Shown: piece by piece, positions 52,871 to 64,000 of the stretch
Layout: every line of letters begins with the position of its first letter
Position numbering within the stretch: the first letter of the stretch is position 1
Source of the DNA: Eledone cirrhosa
Lineage: Eukaryota
Direction of reading: 5' to 3'
Assembly: GCA_964016885.1 (NCBI GenBank)
Contig: OZ024742.1
Coordinates: forward strand, 59,830,001 to 59,894,000
Length of the DNA stretch: 64,000 nucleotides
Notes under the pieces: generated by a model
What the model was told of the DNA's origin: nothing
Databases searched by the model: none
What the model saw: the letters and a program-made list of their open reading frames with translations, nothing else
Position numbers and translations under genes: made by a program

Positions 52871-53051
52871 AGATTATGCCTTCGTGATGTGTGTAAGTGC
52901 GTTTCTTCAGGTTAGGGATTAACTTTATTTGGCACGAGAAGCGTCTGCGAAAACAGCCAGCCTATTGACTTCATGCGCCTTTCCGATATTAAAAATTAAA
53001 ATTGCACCGACTAAACTTGTCTAATATCCACAATTAAATTTTATTGCCTAT

Positions 53052-53099
53052 GTATTATACGTATAATACTATCATACGTGTATGATAGTATTATACGTA
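53052..53099. repeat. Short overlapping palindromes
   Basis: TACGTATAATACTATCATAC-GT-GTATGATAGTATTATACGTA. Confidence 0.88.
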
Positions 53100-53754
53100 C
53101 GATGTATGCAATGTTTACGTTTGCTATATTTGTTAGTGTAAGTGAATACCTTTAATTCCGTTCCTCTCACTCGCTATTTCTTGTAATCTATAAAATTGCT
53201 AAACGTGTCTAATTGTGTCTTAGATTCATCAGATTCACACTGTTGTCTAAGTTCGTTAATTTCCCACTCTTATTGACTCGATTGTTTCTACGCATGTTTA
53301 TTTAAATTTTGTTCAACACATAAATTCATAGACACACATATACACACAGATTCCTTGCTATTTTCCACGTTTTGTATCGTTTATATCTCCTCTTTCCATC
53401 TTTGTATTTAAAGTTCAAGAATGTAACTTTAATCATTGTTTGTTGTATTGACGACTTTAGTTATGTATTATTTATTTATTTATATTCGATGTACGGCTCA
53501 GACGAGATGTCTACTACTGAAGTACATCAAGAGAATACAATTTTATAAACCCAATGCCTGAAAGCATATAGATTAAACAATAACATAGACCGTTATTAGT
53601 AAAATGTATATAGCACTTCTTAATCGAGAATGTGTTTAAAACACCTTAAAGTCTCATATCGCTGTTACTCGGATATTATTGACAATTATTGAAGGAAAGC
53701 AATTTTGTTTACTCACACACACACAAACACACACACGCACATATATAAATGAAT

Positions 53755-53788
<34 letters not shown>

Positions 53789-54318
53789 ATATAGTTATAC
53801 TTGGGGAGGGTCATATTTGTGTAATATTGCCAGAATTAATAACAGAACACACTCACCGTTTGGTTGGTTTTCGCTTTTCGCTTCTGTGTCTTGTATATCG
53901 GTAATCTAATTTATTCGGTCCTCAATGTTGCCATTGACTGACCAACGGTCAAAAATAATACAGATACAATATAGACACAAACACATATATATAGTTTATC
54001 AAAGTTCTTTCGTTGCACATCTGCAACACGTCAGTGGTGCTATTGTTTCCTCCCGTTACATTGTATGTCTACGCCATCTTTATTTAGTCTGTTTATATAT
54101 TTATTTATTTATTTATTTGTTTGTTTGTTTATTTTATTTTGTCTTCTTTGCGCATGCGTTTACGTGTGTGTATAGTGTTTTGTTTGATGTGTGTTCGTGA
54201 TTGGGTGACTGTGTATCGGTTAATGCATTCTATCTTTACTAGTGTGTGTTTATATGTTTTTGTTGTTATTGTGCATGTGTATGTATTTATTTATTTATCT
54301 ATTTATTTATTTATTTAT

Positions 54319-55547
54319 TTATACTTCTCTTAGGTCAGTGTTGTTTGTTTGGGTGTTGTTGTTATTCCATTCATTCTTTCTGTTTAGTCTTGACCTTCTA
54401 AGTTCTATTTCACTGGCCTCTCTGATTTGCCTATCTGCTGGGTCATTTCTATGTTTAGATATTATTCTAATTTCTATGTTGTCTATGTTACCGTCGTGTT
54501 GTTGTCTGGCATGTTCGTATAGTACTGAACCGTTTTTTCGTCCTTTTAGTTCCCCCCAGTGTTGGTCTATCCTTTCACCTATGCTACGAGCTGTCTCGCC
54601 TATGTATGTTGTTGTCATGTTTCTGCAAGTACCCTCTGTACATCTTATGCTTTAGACTACGTTTCTAGTTTTACAGTTTATCCGGGCGTTTACCTTACAT
54701 ATGATACATTCCCTATTAGTACAGTGGGTTTTCTTAAAAGGGTAGGTTTTGCTGATCAGGGATTTTATGGTGGTTCCTGGCTTTTCTACCACCTTAATCT
54801 TTAAGTGGGTCTTTCTCAGGGCCTTCCTACACTGGTTAGCTAATTTCCCTCCAGGGATAGCGTCCACAAACATCACACTCTGGTATTTCTGGTTGTCGTA
54901 CCGTGAGGTGGCTTTCCCTATCTTATGTCTAGCCCTATCTAAGTATTCCATAATTTGCTCCTGTATAATGGGCAAATTCCTTTCATGTCCAGTTCTGTGA
55001 GGGTCTTATACTTCTCCATGGCTCCTTCGTATACTCTGACTCTGTCTCTTTGGTTGTAGCCAGAGAACTGCATGCGGTTGATGAAGTATTGGATGTGTCT
55101 TTCCATTTCTGTTGGGTCGCACATGCGGGACACATTCTTCATCACTCGTACCAAATCTGCGATCAGAATATTAAACTTAGCACTACTGGACATTGCTGAG
55201 TTTTTGAGTATCAGGTATTTGGAGGCCATGGGTTTAGCATAGTGTGAGTGGAGAATTTGGGCTCTCTCGTCTATCGTGTTAATCCAGACTTCCGTGTCTA
55301 ATACAGGTAGTCTATTATTAGGGTGTTTGGAAGGGTAGTCGATAGTTACAGTTATACTCTGGTGTATGGAATTAGCTATCTGCTGGATGCTTTCCATTGT
55401 GCTACGTTCTAAATCAAACTTGTTAGTGCTCTCTAGTGGGGATATTCTTATAACTATATTGATATCGTCTACGTAACGAGAGTACATGATGAGGTCTATG
55501 GAGCTCTCATTAAGGAGATCTTTAAGTCTCCTTTCCCACCATACCAT
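54319..55547 (-). mobile_element. Penelope-like element (Neptune-like), 5'-truncated RT + Cys-rich linker + GIY-YIG
   Basis: SRYVDDI, LPVLD, YAKP, FSGY, CTNRECIIC..NC, NVV.SIRC..C..YIGETARSIGERIDQH..H..H..REASEI..LN. Confidence 0.85.
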
Positions 55548-55653
55548 AAAAAGAAATACCTGACATAGTAACTACTTTAAAACTGATAGCGTATGGTCTT
55601 CTAACTATTTAAAATTAAACATACGGTATATTGCCAAATATACTATACATGCA

Positions 55654-55708
<55 letters not shown>

Positions 55709-55840
55709 GTTATTCCGGGTTGAATCGAAGGTAACCACAGTAAGTAAGGTACTCAATACATAGCAGAGTATAACAGTTTTAATATAGATGAGATTCTACA
55801 GGACTAGAACTGTTTCATTCATTAGAATTCATTCATTAGT

Positions 55841-55879
55841 GATTCCTGATGATTTCTAATGAATGAAACAGTTCTAGTC
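55841..55879 (+). ncRNA. Hammerhead-like motif with imperfect stems
   Basis: GAUUC-CUGAUGA-UUUC(UAAU)GAAU-GAAA-CAGU-UC-UAGUC. Confidence 0.5.
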
Positions 55880-55892
55880 CTGTAGAATCTCA

Positions 55893-55930
<38 letters not shown>

Positions 55931-56055
55931 TGCATATATAGTATATATTGCAATATACCGTATGTTTAATTAAAAATAGTTAGAAGACCATACGCTATCA
56001 GTTTTAAAATAGTTACTATGTCAGGTATTTCTTTTCGGCAAAAGAAGGGAGAGAA

Positions 56056-56095
56056 GCTGTCAGTCCGTTTTACGCTGGTTGGCGTTCATCAGAGC
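56056..56095 (-). ncRNA. Degenerate hammerhead of the 55.5-57.9 kb pseudo-LTR family
   Basis: GCU-CUGAUGA-ACGC(CAACCA)GCGU-aAAA-CGGACUG-aC-AGC; the consensus with the 57725 and 57778 copies is canonical. Confidence 0.6.
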
Positions 56096-56989
56096 CACGT
56101 ACTCGCCTGCTTTCGCCGAAAATTATGGAAGCTCGATTCTTATAGAATTCCAGATTCATACATACATATATACATGAAAAAAACTCATCGCTTGAACAGC
56201 CGTTAAAACAGGTAAATGCTGTCAAAGACAAACATGCCCCAGAGAAGACAGACCAGTGGGCAGGGGTCAACAGAGAGACGATGCACAATGTGGGTGACAG
56301 GCAGATGACATACAGAAAAGAAGGAAAGAGGAGGGGAGGAGGACAAGGAGAATACTTTTGGTGCATAGAATTCATTGGAAAAAGGAAATAAAGAAAAACG
56401 ATGTACAAGACAATGTTACATCTTCACACTCATCAACTCTCAAACCAGCAAAATGTTTCGCGCTATTTAATTAAGAGTACCATTTTAAAATTTTGGATCG
56501 TCAAACAGAAAAATTAAGATTTCTGCAGATATGACGTGAGGGTGTGATAAGAAAAATGTGCAACGATAGAAAAACGAAAGTAATCAAAGAAAAGAAAATA
56601 ACGGGATAGTGGACCTCAAGATGTAGTGCTTATCTTCAATAGAAAGCTAATCATAGCTATGATGAATTTAAATGAAAAAAACTATATTGTATTGAGTGTA
56701 TTTGAATACATATGAAAAGGAAAAAAAACTCCTCGCTTCAACAACCGTTAAAAAAACTAGAGGCTGTCAAGTACAACGAAGAGCAAAAATGCCTCAGAAA
56801 ACTGAGACCACCGTCCTGTGGTCAACAGAGAGACAATCTGTTGGGTGACAGGCAAATGAAATATATAACAGGTTTTCTCCTTGTCCTCCGCCTCTTTCAA
56901 TCTTTACTATATTTCATCTGCCTGTCAACTAAATTGTGGATTGCCTGTCTGTTAATAACTTGTCGCTGGTCTCTGTCCTCTGAGGCATT

Positions 56990-57280
56990 TCTCTCGACTT
57001 CACTGCAGGTAACAGAGCTTTACTCTTTTCAGCCTCACTCAGTAGCTCCTCTCGTCCATTGAGACAATCCCCTTGGTGTAGTTTCGTTGGACTGTTTAAG
57101 GTTCTGTCGGGTGACCACAGCTGAGAGCAATAGTCGAGTCGGCTGAGGAAAAAATATCCTACAGAGCAGCAGCATGGTTTACCGGTCACTTGTCCTGAAA
57201 GTCCTCAGAACCTAACTTGCCAATTGTCATAACATAGACATCATTCTGCGTTGTGTGCATGAAATAATGCATCATTGCTC
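56990..57280 (-). mobile_element. CR1/L2-type LINE RT C-terminal fragment
   Basis: LSRLDYCSQLWSP motif. Confidence 0.6.
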
Positions 57281-57309
57281 ATATACATTAGAAGGTTCCG
57301 TAATTATAT

Positions 57310-57560
<251 letters not shown>

Positions 57561-57615
57561 TAGAGTGTTGGTGTTCTGAAATAGCGATGTATACATGAAT
57601 GTATGTATAGTATAG

Positions 57616-57912
57616 TTGGCAAAATACCGTATGTTTAATTTAAAACATTTAGAAGACCATATGTTATCAGTTTTAAAGTAGTGACTATGTCACTTACTTC
57701 TTTTCGGCGAAAGAAGGGGGGGAAGCTGAGAGTCTGTTTCACGCTGATTGGCGTTCATCACAGCCACACACTCAGACACGCCAATCAGCCTGAAACAGAC
57801 TGTCGGCTTCTCTCCCTTCTTTCGCCGAAAAGAAGTGACATAGTCACTACTTTAAAATTGATAGCGTATGGTCTTCTAAATGTTTTTAATTAAACGTACG
57901 GTATATTGCCAA
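57616..57912. repeat. Imperfect fold-back (arms 57616-57754 / 57778-57912) of the same pseudo-LTR family, with a degenerate hammerhead at 57725-57764 (-)
   Basis: Homologous to 55945-56097; GCU-gUGAUGA-ACGC..GCGU-GAAA-CAGACUC-UC-AGC. Confidence 0.85.
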
Positions 57913-57946
57913 ACACACACACACACACAAACATTATTATATATAA

Positions 57947-58140
<194 letters not shown>

Positions 58141-58297
58141 ATAAATTTATATATAATAATGTATATATATCTGTTATTTTAATAAATATTTGCTCTACGG
58201 TTCTTATATATTTGATATATATTTATACTTATCGAGCCCTCTTTGGTTTTTAGTCTTCAAATTTATTATTATTAGTATATATATATATATATGGTGT

Positions 58298-59020
58298 GTA
58301 TATATTATCAAATGATTCTATGGACATTCTTTATAGTATATTGCTCTGATTATTTAATTTATTAATTCATCATTGAGCCACATCGTGATATGCCAAAACA
58401 TATATATCTGTGACTTAGTCTAGTTTGTGTATATGTAAATCTTTATATTTGATAATCTCCCTTAAGTTTGAGATGCAATTTGGGCAATATTGCGCTGCGC
58501 TTTCTAGCAACCAGCCCACTCACCGTAAGCCACCAATCACATTCTTTCTGACTTGACCACTGCCACGTCACAGTTCTTAGCCATTTTGAATTCGTTTCTG
58601 GCGGGGATCATTTAAGAAATATCTTTGTCCAAGTGAATTTGTTTCCTGATGAGTTCGCAGCTCAAGAATTTATCCTTGATAGGATATTTCTGAAAGCGAA
58701 CGAACCCTAAGGGTAGAAACGTAATGCTGCTATGTGTGTATGCATTTTTTCTTCTAACTTTAATTTTATAACTAATTGTGTATGGTGGACGATATATTTA
58801 ATCGATTTCCACGTGCTATTGAAATGTTGGGTAAATATTCTATAGCGGTTCATCGCGAATAAATTGGTGTCGTTTATTTATTTACTATTTCTTCATAGGT
58901 GCCTTTTAATCTTATAGCCTGGTTTAATTGTTTTTTTTTTGTGGTTGATTATGCTAATTGGGAGAGGAAATAGTATATATATATTATCAAATGATTCTAT
59001 GGACATATTTTATAGTATAT
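58298..59020 (+). mobile_element. Non-coding ~720 bp element with ~43 bp terminal direct repeats and an internal hammerhead (solo pLTR or retrozyme-like)
   Basis: TATATTATCAAATGATTCTATGGACAT..TTTATAGTATAT at 58298-58341 and 58977-59020. Confidence 0.55.
58641..58720 (+). ncRNA. Type I hammerhead with extended stem II, one core A missing
   Basis: GUUUC-CUGAUGA-GUUCGC...GCGAAC-GAA-CCC(UAA)GGG-UA-GAAAC. Confidence 0.7.
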
Positions 59021-59652
59021 ATATATATATATATGTATTATATATATAAATGTGTATTACAGGCAAACATGATAGTCGAAATTCAGAACGGCATGACGGT
59101 TGAACGAGTGAATGTGATGTATAGTTTCAGATGCAAGCACAGATTTAAATTTGAACAACATTAAAAAGATGGTATATTAATGCAGACACACTCCCATATA
59201 CATACGCCCCCGCCCCCCACACACACAAATACACATACACACACACACCTTCATATACACACACAAATACATGCATGTATGCAGCGGCCTTCTTTAAAGA
59301 TTGCGTCTTCAAAATTCTACTAACATGTTATCGGTCAATCTGAGACTATAAATGAAAACACGCAGATAGGATGTTGCGCAGTCAGGCTGAACTTTAACCT
59401 ATGCTGTTGCAAAGCGAACACCTTAACCACATTGATTTGCTGGCGTCTAGTTGTTTAGTTATCTCTAACGTTAAACTAAGAGTAAACTGCACAGATAATA
59501 TGACTAGAAAGATTTCTCTACACAACTATAGTAATATAAAACAACAAAGGTTCTATTTAAGCACTTAGTTTCATATATGTACATTAATACGCATTATAAA
59601 AGCCAAGATTCAACAAACAAAATGTTAATTCAGCACATACTGACAGACAGAT

Positions 59653-59785
<133 letters not shown>

Positions 59786-59909
59786 TATAAACACCGAATC
59801 TATGTACATACGAAAATCACACATACATAGACACACAATATATGTTCTTATACATATATGTGTATGTGTGTATGTGTGTGTGTGTGCGTGTGTATATATA
59901 TATATATAT

Positions 59910-59953
59910 GCTTTTTCGTCTGGTATATATATATATATACCAGACGAAAAAGC
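59910..59953. repeat. Perfect palindrome centred on (TA)n
   Basis: GCTTTTTCGTCTGG-(TA)n-CCAGACGAAAAAGC. Confidence 0.9.
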
Positions 59954-60420
59954 AAACAACCGTAAATTGAAGTAACCTACATATGACGATTAGATATTGC
60001 TTGCTGGACTCAATAATACTGAAGGGACGGTTAATGTTTAGTAAAATTGAAGGGTGCTGGCTTTTGTTGAAGAATTACGAAATTAATTGCAGCATTGGTT
60101 GTTTTAGACAATACAATCAGTTTATATGTGATAGGTTCTTTTTAGTTGATTTATTACATTGTCTTTGATTTGTCAGAACACATAACAAACATAAAAATTA
60201 CTATTAAAAGCTTAAAACGCAAATGAAAACTAAATAGAAAAATATGTGAGGAATCAAAATCAACAAAAATCGCTATTTTTAAAAGAAGATAATACTTTCA
60301 GTAACCTCATATTCAATGTACATAAATAGACATATAGAAGAATGATTTATATCTACGTAAATAAGTGTAGATTAATATTTGCATGTATATATATATATAT
60401 ATGCGAATTTAATCTCTCTC

Positions 60421-60506
<86 letters not shown>

Positions 60507-62934
60507 CATACATATGAATATTTATATATACACACACACGCACACATACACATACCTGCACGCACCCAAGTACGCATACATACTTTACACTTTTTCACAG
60601 TTTGTACAGTCCTTTAATCACACACACGTACATAGGCATAGCCGTATGCTGAAAGATGTCTCTTCACACGTTCTCTTCAGGCAGTTTCGGTTATGTCATA
60701 CTCACGGATAAGTTAAATGTATTCCATTACCGACATATCGAAACTTGTGTTAGGAGGTTAAATTTGAACACAACCGCCCAAACATTTACGGCTAGGCAAC
60801 ACCTCTGGCACTCTAGCCATATTACAATTCCGATCCATTGACTTGTATCTTATTTACAGGCCCGGAAATATTCAGAAATTAAAGACTAAATTGGATTTGA
60901 ACTCAGATCGAAGTTTACAAAAACAATTACCTCCACGAGTTCTATCTGACTCCCCAACTATTGTGTTATCGTATCGCCTTAAATATATACATTAATTCTC
61001 AACATATAAATGTTTAGAACTCAGTCTTTTGGTTTTATATTCGTGTCAGCGCTGCTGGTCAGATTGGATGTTGGACAAGGAGAGTCAGTTGGGCTGTGTC
61101 TACGATTTTCAGGAATTCTTCCCGCCTCAAATTCTTGTTCATTTATTATGTTGGGTTATATGTTAGTATATCACCTATATTCTATGTGCATATTTATGCA
61201 CCACACATAAATCATATGAATTCAGCATTGATTACTGAAATATTGAGACTGGTTTGACATGGTACTTATATTTCATATCTGGTCGTGGACTATTATCAGC
61301 CTTAGGTGGGCGGATAGACATTTAACATCTGGCTTGAAACTATTCCAAGATTTGGGGAGTCTACATTTCACCTCTGGCCTTGGAAGCTTACCACATTTGA
61401 AAGTCTTTCTTTTACATCTGGCTAGCTTTGTATAGGCATGAAAACATAAACAATTAGAAAACTCACGGGAACTTAGATAAAATTATCTGCAGGTATCTCA
61501 CAAGCAAAAAAAAAAAAAATGAAGTAGTTCAGTGAATTAGTGGTCATATTATAAAGTGATACATGTTGCAAGGAACTACTAATACATGGTATATTCCGAA
61601 TGAAACCTGACTTTGCTGTTTGCCTCATTAAGTTGGAGGTTATTCTGGTTTCAAGTAGCGTTAAGAGACTAAGAATTACAAGACACACATTGTAAGGAAA
61701 ACATTCAAATATTGGTACACATTTCCACCATGTGGATCTGAGCAACGTCAAATATATCGCTTTGCTCAAGGACGCAACATGACACCCCGCTTAACCTTGA
61801 TATTCTGAGACCGTCAGCATCCTAAATACTAGGTCAAGCACTTTTACTGCAGTCATTACAGACGAAGTAAGTAAGGTTTGCCAAAATAGATATATTTTTA
61901 ATCAATAGTAAAAATAACCAGAATAATTCTCACACCAATTAGCATTAAATGAGATATTGATTATATGTGTCTCAGATATTTAAAGGTTATTCATAACCAT
62001 ATGATCATTTACATGTTTTCAAGTGTAAAATATGGAAAATGTTATTGTATTATATAAAATGTTTTGTATTTGTCTATATGTTATTGTTGAAGTTGAATTG
62101 ATTCTTTTAATATATTTAATGTACTTAAAACGTTATAATCTGTTTTGCTAGGTGTAATCTGTAACAAACATCAAAGACATACATGAACAGCGTTTTTAAA
62201 TAAAGAAATATTCGATATTAGTTCATGAATAATTAAATGTTTTGGTATAAATTTACATTCAACACAAATTTCAATTGTCGAAATTTGACAATGGAATCCG
62301 AAAGATTGTTTGCAAGTGATGGCCAAAGTTCGATAACTACGAAGAAATATTGGTCAAACAATTGTTTTGCGCGACTGCAGCAAATCATATTATATTAAAG
62401 TATTTAAATATTTGCTTGCAATATGTTGGCATTTCACATAAAGCAGACAAACATATGGGTAGGCAAGGTGGTTCTACACATTAATTGCATCTTCTGGAAA
62501 TAACAGCTGCCAAAACTTTATTTCAATTGCATTCTAGCGTCTTAATAAAATAGGGAAAATCACCAGCAACTAACATCAAAAGAGATTTTTCTTTCAATCG
62601 AATTCTGTTGAGAATTCCTTTCATTCAATTCTTTACGAGGAGGAAACAAGCGAAAACAATGACACCACAATCACAACTCAAAATAACAAATATCATTTTT
62701 AGCGGAATCTATTTCGAAGAAATTTGATTTTGACTGCCATTGGATAAAATATTAACATATAGTTGTGAAATATTTCACGTTATTTATCAGTGTAAATATA
62801 CAGTAATAGAAATGAAGGCAATTCACTTCAAAGTAGATTGGCAGTGACGTGCGAAGTTGTTGGTTGTATTGCTTCGTAAAAGGGCTGGTGGAGATCTTTT
62901 AACAGAGCTTGGCGCTTGAGAATTTTTTCCATAA

Positions 62935-63050
62935 GATTTCTTGAATTGTAGGTTTGGTTAGGGCTTCGGTATTTTTACTGTCTCACTGTGTTCTAAGTTC
63001 AAATAGTGCTGTGGTTGTCATTGACTTTCATCCTTCTGGAGTCGTAAAAC
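62935..63050 (+). mobile_element. Degraded SINE copy
   Basis: GTTCTAAGTTCAAAT...TTGACTTTCATCCTTCTGGAGTCG. Confidence 0.55.
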
Positions 63051-63262
63051 AGGATCAATCAAGAGAACGGTAGATAGAGGAACAGTTAGTGTCTCGATAT
63101 TTGATCTTTCGCTAAGCATTCCTGGCTCATATCAGGCTATTTTTGCCAGCAGGCTCCTTTTCATATTTAAAGCAAGCTCAGGCAACAGGGAATTCTGTTA
63201 AAAATCTGCTTATATCAATGTTTTAAACAGTATATATTTAAAATCAGAATTAATTAAACTGT

Positions 63263-63347
<85 letters not shown>

Positions 63348-63429
63348 CTCCAGTAACTTGTTGAGTGCTCTAAATCAGTTATAAACATTTATGTTTGTCG
63401 GACTTCCAACAAATTAAATACAACTTCTA

Positions 63430-63468
<39 letters not shown>

Positions 63469-63624
63469 ACATATATATCAACATATATATGACCATGATC
63501 ACCTTGACCGACCAGTCTGTCGAGCCTCCATTCGGCGCCGCTGGTCACAGCACGCCGTCTGGACCGTGCTTTCCTCATCCATGTAGTCCCAATCGTATTC
63601 CTGAAATCGTAACTCCACCAACAT

Positions 63625-63654
<30 letters not shown>

Positions 63655-63655
<1 letters not shown>

Positions 63656-63757
63656 GTAACAATAATAAATTTGAAGACTAAAATCCAAAGAGGGCTAGAT
63701 AAGGATAAATATATATCAAATATATAAGAACCGTAGAGCAAGTATTTATTAACAGAT
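63655..63757. repeat. Inverted homologue of 58169-58278
   Basis: AATAATAAATTTGAAGACTAAAA..CAAAGAGGGCT..ATATATCAAATATATAAGAACCGTAGAGCAA. Confidence 0.8.
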
Positions 63758-64000
63758 TAAAGTTTAAACAAAGAATCGCTGCTTTCACCCTTAACGACCT
63801 CATTTATACCGTACTCGTGGTTTTCTCTTTGTTTGTAATTGTTTTCACCGGTCCAAATAATGACGTATTATCTTCGTTTTTTTTCCGTTCTTTGCTAGGG
63901 AACGTTTCCACGAACCAAAGTGTCGTCTTCTTGTCTTCCTTCGGTTGCAACGTTTTTCGAAATATATACTTCTGCGTTCACAGATTGATTTTTTTTAGTT

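Larger units (their letters stand above)
55549..56100. repeat. Nested inverted repeats: outer ~110 bp arms (55549-55657 / 55924-56035) and inner 46 bp arms (55782-55827 / 55854-55899), separated by (TA)n; PLE pseudo-LTR-like
   Basis: Direct complementarity; the outer arm abuts the truncated PLE ORF. Confidence 0.88.

Noticed and set aside
53925-53965. Possible decayed hammerhead (GACC-AAC-GGTC-AAAA) downstream of the Neptune-like ORF
   Set aside because: CUGANGA core and stem I not recognisable.
62210-62830. Sequence with the look of decayed coding DNA (possible old DNA transposase)
   Set aside because: No ORF of 60 aa or more and no motif I can identify.

Overview
Eukaryotic, AT- and microsatellite-rich, repeat-dominated DNA with no recognisable host gene, no rRNA or tRNA genes and no CRISPR. 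It is probably from an octopus or other coleoid cephalopod (inferred from the SINE family and repeat content). The window has two zones. (1) 1 to ~32.5 kb, continuing past the left edge, is a dense array of non-LTR retrotransposons whose intact ends nearly all sit in (TTA)n/(TAA)n tracts. It holds a Tx1/L1-clade APE-RT family with (ATT)n tails and two R4/Dong-type RLE families, here called Dong-A and Dong-B, with (TAA)n tails. The two classes lie on opposite strands once a ~5.8 kb inversion (5501-11297, with a ~400 bp inverted breakpoint duplication) is mentally undone. An old Tx1 relic (32.6-36.8 kb) follows. Both Tx1 subfamilies show a GTAAGT...AG segment of exactly 52 nt whose removal would fuse ORF1 to ORF2 in frame. 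(2) ~37-64 kb is (TA)n/(CA)n-rich sequence with Penelope-like element relics (Naiad-like and Neptune-like), RTE and CR1-like fragments, SINEs, and several fold-back or inverted structures carrying minimal hammerhead ribozyme motifs from several distinct families. All alignments were done by eye, and coordinates are approximate to a few bp.
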